Program-made: the position numbers and the translations under genes
Shown here: positions 1 through 9,572 of the stretch, one piece after another
Layout of the letters: each line of letters starts with the position of its first letter
Position numbering within the stretch: the first letter of the stretch is position 1
The notes under the pieces: generated by a model
Databases searched by the model: none
Seen by the model: the letters and a program-made list of their open reading frames with translations, nothing else
Told to the model about the DNA's origin: nothing
IMG/VR virus record: IMGVR_UViG_3300028048_000092
Coordinates: 1-64,000 of that record
Source: a virus
Taxonomy: Duplodnaviria > Caudoviricetes
Reading direction: 5' to 3' (one strand)
DNA length: 64,000 nt

Positions 1-390
1 ACCTGGGGAAGAAGTACAGAAGCTTTTACACTGCTTGTAGAAGAAGCCTTAAAGGACAAAGTACTACTTACTTATAATCCCCAGTTTCAGTACGGGTTCT
101 TGAGCAACCTGCTTCAAGACCCCTCTTTAGTGCTTTATGATTTATCTGTGATAGAACAGGCGCTGAGGAAAGGATTGAAGTTCGATGAGGAAGAAATAGC
201 CACTCCGGGCAAGTTCTACAGCGCCTGCAGTACTGTTTATTATCCTTTAGCTGTAAATACTATCTGCAAGAATCTCAAGATGACGAAGCAGCCTTCCCCA
301 GGGCAGCTTCCATTGGAGAGGTCTTTGGAGATTTTGCAGCGGCTTTACAACGAAGCTTCTTCTAAAGAATTGCAGTTGCTTCAGAGTTGA
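1..390 (+). CDS. Hypothetical protein, 5'-truncated by the window edge
   Basis: Frame 1 is open from base 1 (TWGRSTEAFTLLVEEALKDK...) through the listed ORF to TGA at 388-390. Confidence 0.7.
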   Translation, partial: TWGRSTEAFTLLVEEALKDKVLLTYNPQFQYGFLSNLLQDPSLVLYDLSVIEQALRKGLKFDEEEIATPGKFYSACSTVYYPLAVNTICKNLKMTKQPSPGQLPLERSLEILQRLYNEASSKELQLLQS

Positions 391-442
391 AGATCGGAGT
401 TACAAACCCTTTACCAAGTGAAGTCATCTCTAACTTCACGTT

Positions 443-692
443 ATTCTACTGTGTGATTACAGGCTAGCACTTCTAGGTTACCTGAAGCAGCATAGGTTTC
501 TTTTTGTTTACAGATCTTAGATAAGTTCCCCCTACAGGACAGAAAAGGAGAATGAAACTCTAAGAGACATCCAATAGAATGGACTTGTCTTTGTTTGTAT
601 TCAGGGGAAGCCACTGTGAAGAGTCTATCTGCAGGATGATGCCCTGCTTGGACTTCGCATTTGTATCTTTAGCCTGTATCACATAGGAGAGT
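443..692 (+). ncRNA. Retron-like msr/msd ncRNA upstream of the RT
   Basis: Imperfect inverted repeat of about 20 bp (449-466 CTGTGTGATTACAGGCTA pairs with 670-686 TAGCCTGTATCACATAG). An unpaired G at 467 follows directly after ...TA, the same layout as the retron branching G. Short hairpin at 470-487 and longer hairpin at 616-659 just before the 3' arm. Confidence 0.7.
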
Positions 693-878
693 GAAATCGG
701 GAGCATTGTCTAGGCCTTACTTGAAAATTCCTTCTAGGGATATAGAGGATAGGCCGCGATGTCTCCAGTCAAGCAGTTGCCGGAGCTGATAGTTGAGTCG
801 TACCGGCTCAGATCTATTCCGGCTTCAAATGATTGTTCATGTATAGTGAACAGCTTAAATGATTCCATAAGGAGTTAA

Positions 879-1823
879 ATGATTGATTTAAATTACAGAC
901 CAAAAATAGCCTGGCGAGCCAGTGCCATACCAAAGAAGAGCGGGGGGTTAAGGTACTTGCTGATCCCCAGTGACGAACTCAAAAAGGCGCAGCACGATGT
1001 GCTCGATGAGCTTTATCACACGAAGGGACTTAAGATCCATAACTGTGCCACAGGGTTTATCCCCTTTAGGAACACTATGACGAGTGCTCTTAAGCATGCG
1101 AGGGACAGTAAACTTATTCTGCAGCTCGACGTACATAATTTCTTCCCGACTTTTCCTGTACAGACAGTTATGGATGCGCTGAAGGAATCCGGTATGTCGG
1201 CAGCCAAGCGAGATTATATCTACGAGTTCTGTGTGTTTCACGGTAAGCACGGCGATCAGTTCCCGCAAGGTTCTCCGACAAGTCCCTATTTGACTAATAT
1301 AGGGATGTTCGAAACCGACTGTATGTTGAAGGCATGTGCTAAGCACTTCGGCTACACATACACCAGGTATGCCGATGATATGTCTTTTGCATCTATTCCA
1401 GATCTGTATGAGAATAATGCGGTAACAGACAGGAAGTGCCTTGTAGCCTGTGTAGCAAGAGTTCTGGATAAGAAGCTGGATATGTCTCTATCTTGGGAAA
1501 AGACCCTATATGCCTTTGAGAACTCTCCTAAAGTCCCTAGAAGGATTTTAGGAGTTACTATTCGAAAAGATCATCTCGGATATAATGCCCCTAAGAAGCT
1601 TAGAAAGAGGGCAAGAGCTTGTGTACATAATTTATATAAAGCCCTGCAGGAAGGGGTGCCCAAGGAAGAGTTGTGGCCGCAGTACAGACAAATGCAGGGA
1701 CTTGTAGGATATGCTAATTATATCCGCAAACACAGCGATTGGATCGTGTCCTACTTCGATCCCTGTATCAAGAAACACGAATATGACTTCGTGAGAAAGG
1801 AGTTTGAGGCAAATGCTTGTTGA
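879..1823 (+). CDS. Retron-type RNA-directed DNA polymerase (314 aa)
   Basis: Motifs IPKKSGGLR, HNCATGF, SALKH (NAxxH-like region X), LDVHNFFP, PQGSPTSP, YTRYADD, ILG (VTG-like region Y). Stand-alone RT of retron size; RBS AAGGAG. Confidence 0.9.
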   Translation: MIDLNYRPKIAWRASAIPKKSGGLRYLLIPSDELKKAQHDVLDELYHTKGLKIHNCATGFIPFRNTMTSALKHARDSKLILQLDVHNFFPTFPVQTVMDALKESGMSAAKRDYIYEFCVFHGKHGDQFPQGSPTSPYLTNIGMFETDCMLKACAKHFGYTYTRYADDMSFASIPDLYENNAVTDRKCLVACVARVLDKKLDMSLSWEKTLYAFENSPKVPRRILGVTIRKDHLGYNAPKKLRKRARACVHNLYKALQEGVPKEELWPQYRQMQGLVGYANYIRKHSDWIVSYFDPCIKKHEYDFVRKEFEANAC

Positions 1824-2700
1824 TCCTCGGCAAAATAAAAGCGAGGCCTTGACTATTCTATATGAAGCAGATGCTACCAGCGGGTATGCTACAGCCTTCA
1901 ATATAGAAAGTTATCGTACGCTTACTATGGAACAATTCAAAGAAGAAGTTGTTCCCACTTTGAAGAGCAGTGAAGCGGAAGGCAAGTTCTCGTATTATGT
2001 ATTGAGAGATCTTTCACAGAACCGGTATATTACATTATATCCTGATGGTGCAGTGGAATATAAGGTAAGCAATGTAAACGAGATCCCTACAGATAAGCTT
2101 ATAGAATTTATCCAAAGAGAAAGAGACGACGAAGACAGATATCTCACCGCACAGATCATCAATAGTCCATTCCCTGTATATTCCTATGTGGAAAAAGGTA
2201 ATATCTGGCAGATTACAGTGAAAACACCTGAAACGAGATTTCGATATAAGCATCCACAGCTGCTGGGCAGTGACGATCCCCCATATATTTATATGCCTCC
2301 CCTTTTGTTTACTGTAAAGTATTCCGGACAGGTGTATAAAGGAAGCTCTGTGTTTGTCCTTAAAGAGGATTCTGTGGACCCGGCCAGGATCGTAAAAGCG
2401 AGACTGCCGTTTCCGAACATCTTTGCAGACGGCTCCATTTGTATGGGTAATACGCATGTTCTTGTAGCACCTGAGAAGGAGCTTTCAAAAGCGCAGCTTC
2501 TGCTGCAAAGCTGGGATCTCTGGCTAAACGGGGAGCATAACAATGACTTGCTCAATAACGCTGTTTATCCTAGGAACTTGAATGAAGTATATGAAAGTAT
2601 TTACGGAGAGGAATCTCCTTGGGCACGGCAGCTCAGAACGCTTATTGAAGTTCTGAAAGTACAAGGTAAATGGGAAGAGCTGGAATGGTCAATTATATAA
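1813..2700 (+). CDS. Prokaryotic E2 ubiquitin-conjugating-like protein (Prok-E2_D / PRTRC protein B-like)
   Basis: Motif PPLLF...RLPFPNIFADGSICMGN with the candidate catalytic Cys, and C-terminal W..WLNGEHNNDL. ATG at 1813 overlaps the RT stop codon. Confidence 0.75.
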   Translation: MLVDPRQNKSEALTILYEADATSGYATAFNIESYRTLTMEQFKEEVVPTLKSSEAEGKFSYYVLRDLSQNRYITLYPDGAVEYKVSNVNEIPTDKLIEFIQRERDDEDRYLTAQIINSPFPVYSYVEKGNIWQITVKTPETRFRYKHPQLLGSDDPPYIYMPPLLFTVKYSGQVYKGSSVFVLKEDSVDPARIVKARLPFPNIFADGSICMGNTHVLVAPEKELSKAQLLLQSWDLWLNGEHNNDLLNNAVYPRNLNEVYESIYGEESPWARQLRTLIEVLKVQGKWEELEWSII

Positions 2701-2891
2701 AGTGCAGTTCTCGTACACATTCGGAGCGAGAGTATAACTTTGAACGCATGTGGCAGCATATTACATATCATTCCAGAGAATGTTGCAGGCTCTCCAGGGA
2801 ACAGACAAGAGCCCTCCTGGAAAGACCGGTAAATACAAATGATTTAACAATTTACAGAAATGAGGATTTGAATGAATCAAAAACTGTTTGA
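2670..2891 (+). CDS. Small hypothetical protein between E2 and JAB
   Basis: Fills the gap and overlaps both neighbours; the start may be ATG 2685. Confidence 0.45.
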   Translation: MGRAGMVNYIKCSSRTHSEREYNFERMWQHITYHSRECCRLSREQTRALLERPVNTNDLTIYRNEDLNESKTV

Positions 2892-3822
2892 TGATGCCGC
2901 TTTTCTTGAAGTCGATGGTCCCACTGTGAAAGGGTGGCATAAAGCCCAGCTTCAGGAGATCTTAGGAAATCAGGAAGAGTCCTATGATGGACGCTTTGAC
3001 AAGGATCTGTTAAAGTGGATCGGGAAGCCTCTGCCTAAAGAGCAGATGGCAAATGTACTTGCCCTGGTGTCTCATTATCCACATACGGAAGTGAGTGTTT
3101 TGCTGTATTATAATACGGATAAGCAGGACTGGCATTTCCATGTTCCCAAGCAGAAAGGCTCTCCGGCAAGTGTTGAGTATAACGATGACGACTATACTCC
3201 CCCTAAAGGATACTACTTCACAGGAACTATCCACACACATCCTAATCTTGGAGCTTTCTGGTCAGGCATCGACAGAGCCGATCAAGCTAAGAAAACAGGA
3301 CTGCATGTGGTACTTGGTTTAAGAGAAGGTAAACTGGAAGATTATCTGGTGTGTCTTGCTTATAACGGGGCACGGTATGATCAGGAAAAGTCCGTTGTGG
3401 AGATGCCTGAGGGGGATCTTCCGGAAGCCCCGCAAGAGTGGCTTGATGCGGTTACAGCAGACTTCAGCCCTGCAGTCCATGATAAGAAGGAGGAGGAGAA
3501 AGATACTTCTTGGCGGAGCAGATTCAACTTCTTTGAAGACGACTGCTATCCAGTTTCTACTTATCGGCACGATTACAGATCTTATGAAAGTTCCTTTCGC
3601 GGAGATTACCCGAGCCCCTTTGCAGAGTTTGAAGGAGCCCCGGATCCAACCTATGTCAAAGATGTCGTCGACAGCATCAAAGAAGACTGTTCTGCTGAAG
3701 AAGCATATCTGGTGGTTCAGCAGCTTCTGGAAGAGCTTGGCGAACTTCAGTTGGCTGAGGAGGTAGGAGCAGCAAATTCTACTTTCATAGAGGAGTCTGA
3801 CAGTACATGTCCTACCAAGTGA
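2872..3822 (+). CDS. JAB/JAMM (MPN+) metalloprotease, deubiquitinase-like
   Basis: Upstream Glu (HTEVSV) plus JAMM motif GTIHTHPNLGAFWSGID (HxH-x7-S-x2-D); acidic C-terminal tail. Confidence 0.88.
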   Translation: MNQKLFDDAAFLEVDGPTVKGWHKAQLQEILGNQEESYDGRFDKDLLKWIGKPLPKEQMANVLALVSHYPHTEVSVLLYYNTDKQDWHFHVPKQKGSPASVEYNDDDYTPPKGYYFTGTIHTHPNLGAFWSGIDRADQAKKTGLHVVLGLREGKLEDYLVCLAYNGARYDQEKSVVEMPEGDLPEAPQEWLDAVTADFSPAVHDKKEEEKDTSWRSRFNFFEDDCYPVSTYRHDYRSYESSFRGDYPSPFAEFEGAPDPTYVKDVVDSIKEDCSAEEAYLVVQQLLEELGELQLAEEVGAANSTFIEESDSTCPTK

Positions 3823-4715
3823 TTGTAATAGGGTGTGGCGGTATCGGCAGCTATGTCTTGGAGATGCTCCCGCAAGTAATGGCATGCTTGAATCTGGACC
3901 TGGCCAATGAAGCCTCTAGAAATACAGTTCTTGCTTCTGAGGGCCTTGAAGGATATGTTAGCAATCTGTTTTCATGTCTGAAGTTGGTTGATGGTGATAG
4001 CTTTACAGGACATAATGCTCTTAGACAAGCAGGAACTACAGGGAGTAAAGTAGCCTTGCAAATGGAAAAAATCCGCAGAAAGGATGCCTTCTCTACCTGG
4101 CTGAATACAACTTGTTTGGTTGGCTATGAAGCATATGTCACTCCTGAGAATATCAAGGATATAATTCTCGGACACGAGCAGTATGGTGCTACACCAGTGA
4201 TCTTTTTGTGTGTGGATAATCACCGCACTAGATATGAGGTTTCTAGGTTTATGGAGGATTGGGGCAGTCCCTGCCTGCTTATCAACGGAGGAAACGGGAA
4301 GATCACCGGCAATGTTACTATCTATCAGCGAGATTACGGAGATGCTTATGATCCTCCGCTTTACAAAGTGTATCCGGAAGTAACTGAAGATGCTGACAGA
4401 AGACCCGATGAGATCCACTGTGATGAAGTACATGTTTCAAATGACCAGACAGCAATTATTAACAATATGATTGCGACTGTAATGTTGAACATGTTCCGCA
4501 AATATGTTATGGTAGGAGGTTCTGCCAAAGCATTTAACCAGAAACTAAGACAGAAAGGAAAAGACGGACAGACACTTTACCAGAGAAAGAATGAGGTAAT
4601 CATAGACCTCGAGAACAACACTATGATGACTTTGAGCCACGCAAAGGATCTTGATAACCGTAGGGTACCGGTTACAGAAGTGGCAGATGTACCTGAAAAC
4701 GCAAAATTTAATTGA
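3807..4715 (+). CDS. ThiF/E1-like ubiquitin-activating adenylyltransferase
   Basis: VIVIGCGGIGS nucleotide-binding loop, LVDGD...N..RQ, FLCVDNHRTR, INGGN, and a candidate catalytic Cys in PDEIHC. Confidence 0.88.
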   Translation: MSYQVIVIGCGGIGSYVLEMLPQVMACLNLDLANEASRNTVLASEGLEGYVSNLFSCLKLVDGDSFTGHNALRQAGTTGSKVALQMEKIRRKDAFSTWLNTTCLVGYEAYVTPENIKDIILGHEQYGATPVIFLCVDNHRTRYEVSRFMEDWGSPCLLINGGNGKITGNVTIYQRDYGDAYDPPLYKVYPEVTEDADRRPDEIHCDEVHVSNDQTAIINNMIATVMLNMFRKYVMVGGSAKAFNQKLRQKGKDGQTLYQRKNEVIIDLENNTMMTLSHAKDLDNRRVPVTEVADVPENAKFN

Positions 4716-4730
4716 AAAGGAAAATTGTAT

Positions 4731-5840
4731 ATGAAACTTGTTGCACTGAAAAATGAAAACACCAACACCAACACCCTCACCCTCAACGTCGAAACCCCTA
4801 TCACCATTAATGCGCTGCTGAGCAAGGAAGAAGTTCAGCGGTTCTCACAGGACATTTCGGCGGAAGATATTATCACCATGGATGGGGCAGACCTCTCCGC
4901 TGTCTCTACTATTGGAGACTTGATGGTCACCGATGATACTGTTCTGGAAGCGGATGTCGAAGGTTCCTATGAACCTCGCCAGGCAGCTGTTCCTGTGCAG
5001 GGCAAAGTTGAAGTTCTGACCGGAGGCGGCAGCGTCCGCAAGAAAGTTATTATCGTGGACGGAGTGTCTACCGTTCGTCAGGCGCTCACTGACGGAGTGG
5101 CAGCTGCTTTCGGCAAAACCAAGGCTGAGCTGCAGAATATGAAAGCCCATCTTAACGACACCGAATGCACACTGGAGGCGGTGCTGCATGACGGTGATAA
5201 GATCGTTCTGGAGGAACGCAAGGCAGGCACTGACGGTGCCGATCCTTATTTGCGCGTCGTTGATGCAAGTGGGACTGTTCGTGAGTATCCTGTTGAGGAT
5301 CTGGTCACCACGTTGCGTGATTTCTTACTCGATGAGGTTATGGGTGACTTTGGAATCGAAGAAGATGAGCTCATTGACGATATCGAGTATATCGATGACG
5401 AAGATTTCAGCAATATGAGTGAACGCGTGCAGTGTCTGATGCTCGACCAGTCAGTGGGAGACTTTGCCGAAGTAACCTTCCAGCACTACATGTTCGATGT
5501 ACCTGAAGAAGAGGAATCCGAGGAAGAAGCAGCTGAAGTTGCGGACGGAGTTTCGGCTTCGCAGGTTACTCCTGCAACTGGCTTTGCAACTGCAGGGTCC
5601 ATTACGGTCTCTCAGGGCGGAGCGCACACGGTGAAGATGGTGGTTGTCTCCGGACAGACCACGGTTCGGGATGTTGTTCTTTCGAACAAGATCCTCAATA
5701 CTTTTGCCATGACGGAATCCCAGATGCGCCAAATGATCTTCAATGTGAACGATGTCCGCAGCGAACTTGATCAGGTGCTTCGCGCAGGGGACTCCTTGGT
5801 CATTGAAGCTCCCAAATGCGGGACCGACGGTAACTGCTAA
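4731..5840 (+). CDS. Multi-domain ubiquitin-like (beta-grasp) polyprotein
   Basis: Two clear ThiS/MoaD-like domains ending VLHDGDKIVLEERKAGTDG and VLRAGDSLVIEAPKCGTDG(NC), each preceded by a more diverged domain and a linker. Lies at the end of the E2-JAB-E1 operon. Confidence 0.75.
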   Translation: MKLVALKNENTNTNTLTLNVETPITINALLSKEEVQRFSQDISAEDIITMDGADLSAVSTIGDLMVTDDTVLEADVEGSYEPRQAAVPVQGKVEVLTGGGSVRKKVIIVDGVSTVRQALTDGVAAAFGKTKAELQNMKAHLNDTECTLEAVLHDGDKIVLEERKAGTDGADPYLRVVDASGTVREYPVEDLVTTLRDFLLDEVMGDFGIEEDELIDDIEYIDDEDFSNMSERVQCLMLDQSVGDFAEVTFQHYMFDVPEEEESEEEAAEVADGVSASQVTPATGFATAGSITVSQGGAHTVKMVVVSGQTTVRDVVLSNKILNTFAMTESQMRQMIFNVNDVRSELDQVLRAGDSLVIEAPKCGTDGNC

Positions 5841-5852
5841 GAGGTAACGCAG

Positions 5853-6350
5853 ATGGAACCGCGTACATTTACGTTCGTGGTTCCTCTGCGGCCTAAAGCA
5901 GTACAATCAACAAGATTCACAGGGAACTACAGCTATGTAGATCCTAAAGTGAAGAAGTGGAAGGCCGCTGTTACACCCTATGTGAAGCATTATGCTCCGG
6001 AAGTTCCGAGCAATATGCCTTTCGAGGTTGTGGAGGCTGTGTACACTTTCAAGATCCCTAAGAGCATTACTAAGAAAGCCCTTAAAAAGATCGAGGAGGC
6101 CTGGGGGAAAGGAGAGGACGTTCCTTACCTCAGTCCTCCTGATTTAACCGATAATATTCATAAGGGACTTAGTGATGTAATTTCCGCCTGTGGAATCTGG
6201 GCGGATGATAAACTGCTTTGGCGTGTCGCAGAAGGAGCCATTATTAAGAAAGTCTATGGAAAGACTGATTCGATAAGAATTACTATCAGGGAAACTCCCG
6301 GTGTGCTTCTTATTTCAGGAAAGACAGCCGAGGAGGAACTGGGTGACTGA
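5853..6350 (+). CDS. RusA-like Holliday junction resolvase
   Basis: RusA-type pattern P...R.....Y.DP....WK and PDLTDNI.K...D......IWADD. Confidence 0.75.
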   Translation: MEPRTFTFVVPLRPKAVQSTRFTGNYSYVDPKVKKWKAAVTPYVKHYAPEVPSNMPFEVVEAVYTFKIPKSITKKALKKIEEAWGKGEDVPYLSPPDLTDNIHKGLSDVISACGIWADDKLLWRVAEGAIIKKVYGKTDSIRITIRETPGVLLISGKTAEEELGD

Positions 6351-6648
6351 TTTGTTAAGAGTCAGGGAAAGCTTCCATAAATTTTTTGATCCTATTTGGC
6401 AAAATGCCATAGTTCCCAGACAAGAGATATATCAGCTCTTCTCCGATACACTGGGGAGGGAAGCACATGTATCTGAAATGTCTCTGCAGGAAATAGAGAA
6501 ATGTTCCGACAAGTTGTTGGAAACTTATAAGATACCTTGTAAGAGATGTAAGCATTTTGTAACTATGCGGCATTTTGTACCTATTTGTGACAGTCCACCG
6601 GAAAGGAGTGTTTTGGCGTGTGGAAAGTTTATTGAAAAAAGCATTTGA
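6343..6648 (+). CDS. Conserved phage protein (DUF3268-like helical domain plus Cys cluster)
   Basis: H..FD.IW......R...Y...S..LG...H...M pattern and CxxC; GTG start with GGAGG RBS. Confidence 0.5.
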   Translation: MTDLLRVRESFHKFFDPIWQNAIVPRQEIYQLFSDTLGREAHVSEMSLQEIEKCSDKLLETYKIPCKRCKHFVTMRHFVPICDSPPERSVLACGKFIEKSI

Positions 6649-7684
6649 TTTTTGTTCGCAGCAGAATACACGATTTGCTGTACATTGGGTGGAACACCAC
6701 CAGCACTGGTATGTATGTCCCACAGCTATTTATGTACAGCCCGAAAAAGATATAGAACACAGCCTTGTTGAAGCTTATCAAGGTAATCCTGTTTCTGCAA
6801 AGCTTGTGGAGAATCCTTCTTTAGCTTATCCTGAGAATTTATTTGTTCCTCTGAGCGGAGCACTGCCCAATACTTTCAGCAACTTCTTTATGGCAGATAA
6901 GTGCTTGTATTCCTTGGTGTCAGGTGATACAGTTCCTATTACTGCGGAGCTGCCCCATAAGCACTATACCATTACACAGGAAATGATCAAGGATAACTGG
7001 GACAAGTTTGATGAAGTGCAGCTGGGTATGTATAAAGGTACCAGTATGGTAATGATGCATATTACAGCTGGTATTGAGCAGCTTTGGTTTGCCCCTCCGC
7101 ATGAGGACCACCCTGAAATGTTGAAATTGAATATAGCCGGAGAAACCATTACGCCTTCCGGCTGGAACGATACTGAAAAATGTTATAAGAATTTGAGAAA
7201 GGAAAAGAAGAATATGCCTCTGAAAAATATGAATGATATTGTTAAGAGTACCCTTGGAGTCGATGCAAAGGATCTTAAATTTGATCCGGAAAAGACAGGA
7301 GCACAGAATGATGGTACTGCCGGGACTACTCTAAAAGAAGCAGTTGCTGCACAAGCTCCCGTTGAAGCTCCAAAGGAAGCTGCGAAAGAGCCTGCTAAAG
7401 AAGAATCGGTCAAAGCTCCTGTAGAAGAGTCCGCTAAGGAACCTGTAAAACGCACACGGAAGAAAGCCGAAGCTACTCCTGTTACGGATCTGACCAAAGT
7501 TATTGAGCAGCTCAGCGGCGCAGTTCCAGAGAACCTTTCTTCCGAAGATGCCCTTAAAGCTCTTCGTCAGCTCAGAGACCTGCAGCTGGCAGCTTCTCGA
7601 AGGGCAGCTAATATTGCTGTTAATTATATCGAGAGCACCGAAGGAGCAGTCGCTAAGCTCAATGCTATCAAGGCAGCCCTCTGA
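6575..7684 (+). CDS. Hypothetical protein with a Lys/Ala/Glu-rich C-terminal part
   Basis: Long ORF with uncertain start; an internal RBS and ATG at about 7213 could start a separate product. Confidence 0.6.
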   Translation: MYLFVTVHRKGVFWRVESLLKKAFDFCSQQNTRFAVHWVEHHQHWYVCPTAIYVQPEKDIEHSLVEAYQGNPVSAKLVENPSLAYPENLFVPLSGALPNTFSNFFMADKCLYSLVSGDTVPITAELPHKHYTITQEMIKDNWDKFDEVQLGMYKGTSMVMMHITAGIEQLWFAPPHEDHPEMLKLNIAGETITPSGWNDTEKCYKNLRKEKKNMPLKNMNDIVKSTLGVDAKDLKFDPEKTGAQNDGTAGTTLKEAVAAQAPVEAPKEAAKEPAKEESVKAPVEESAKEPVKRTRKKAEATPVTDLTKVIEQLSGAVPENLSSEDALKALRQLRDLQLAASRRAANIAVNYIESTEGAVAKLNAIKAAL

Positions 7685-9572
7685 TGTTCATTCCTCAGGT
7701 AATGAAAAAGAGCCTGGTAGCGAGGAATCAGATAGCGGACGAAGTGACCAGTACTGCGTGGCAGATGTCACAGGCAGGTATATTGGTCGGAGAGGGGTCC
7801 GTTGTGAGTTTGCCTGACGCAGGGGTTAGATTGCCATTAAGAGGGGAAGGTTCGGAATCCCTTAGTACAGTTGAAGCTGGTACAGGTAGTAGAATTACTG
7901 TGCTTAATATAAATCCCTCGTTTTTATATTGTAAATTAGGTGACTTTTCGAACGTCGAGCTGTCCTGCATGTACGGAAGGCCTCATCCCGCCCCGGCTAG
8001 ATGTCTGTATATACAAGGCAAAGATTTTTGTAGTGTAAAGGTAGGCTATGAAACTTACTATGCGCGGGGCGTAGAAACGGATTCAGATGTGTTTGCTTGG
8101 GCTGACAACAGTAGTAACAGAAGCTTTACAGCAGATAAGCCAAACAGGTATGCTATAATTGGCGACAGCTTTACTTTTGAATGTACCTATACAAATTTTG
8201 ATATTAACTTCTTTGATATAAAAGTTTTACAGGGTACTGTACAGGTATATAAAAATGGTGAGATGTTCTTAGATCTTCCTACAGGGTTCTGCTATAGCGG
8301 AGGGCTTGTAGTAGGTTGGATTAAGCGCAGATTGAGGGACTTCAAACTTAACAATAGAAAGAAAAAACAAGATGCCCCAAGTTATAGAGAAATCACAGCT
8401 TAAGTTTACTGTGGATGACATCGAAGGGCTGGAAGTTGCACAGGGAAGTTTCAAGACTCCTGCAGGCACTATCAGAGTACCTCAGTCGAAGCTGAGAGGA
8501 AAAAAGCAGCCTTCTCCGGTAATATCTACAGAGAAACCGCATGAAACTCCCAGGCAGGAAGTTCCCAGATGTACAGGACTTGTAACGGCTCCCGAACAGG
8601 TTTCCTTTGTAACTCCAATGGGAACTATGCAGGCTATGTACAGTCCAGTAATAGATCAGGGAAACTTTCTTGTGCTGGGTATGCTCCCCCAGTCCTTTAC
8701 ACCGGTATCGTATTCCGAGAACAAGGATCTGGTACTAACTGTAAAAGGAACATCGTTTAAGGACTGTAAAGTTGTATTTACAGGCTGCAAGTTTACAGAT
8801 CCTTTATACAGAACAACTTATATGATTTTGATGAAGGTGTGACATGATCAAGAATGGAAAACATCTGCAATGTACGTATTGCGAAAAGACAGCTCTGCAG
8901 GATACGGATCCTCCTGTTTGTGAAGAGCATCAGAAACTCAAAAAGAAAGCTTCCAAAAAAGAACCGAAAACTTTAAGGGAACTTGATTCAGAGAAATCTG
9001 AATGATTGAGTGGATCCTTTTTTGGGGCGCAATATGGCTGTTATTGGTCATCTGCGCCCCTGCTGTCACTTATTTTGAGACAGCTAGAGATTGCAATAAA
9101 AAGTATGCTTGGAGGAGAGAACAGGATGCCAAAAGGTTGGAAGAGCTTGAAAGAGGTTATTCCAGCTGTATGGAACACATCGATCCTCCCAAGCAGAAAA
9201 GTAAACGACAATTAAAAAGAGAAAGGATGAGGTTACGTGAAAAAGAAAGAAAAGCGCTCAAAGCAGGAAAATGAATTTATCTGTTATGGTACAATGACCA
9301 GACTGGAAACTGTGCTAGGAGTAGATGAGTTGGGTTATGCAGTTAACTTTACCCTGGATAACGGTGGGGATGCTACACCCTTTCAGTGCTATGTTCCTAT
9401 TCTGAGAGATGGGTATAGTGTGAAGAATGCCTTGAAGAGTATCATGAAAGCTTTTGCCGAGGGGTATGTGGTAGCTGCTTATGCCAACAGCGAAGATCAT
9501 AATCTGTTGCTAACCACAGTGGAAGGTGAGACTCTGGTTCTTATCAGAGGTGACTGGATGGTAGTGCAATGA
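7684..9572 (+). CDS. Run of hypothetical genes (7684-8403, 8372-8842, ~8843-9004, 9002-9274 with N-terminal TM, ~9271-9572)
   Basis: Abutting or overlapping + strand ORFs with no recognisable motifs. Confidence 0.6.

Noticed and set aside
879-1823. RT as a DGR or group II intron RT
   Set aside because: No TR/VR pair with adenine-specific mismatches was seen (the family A and 55170/56781 repeats do not differ that way). There is no avd gene, no maturase/endonuclease extension and no domain V hairpin; motifs and upstream RNA are retron-like.
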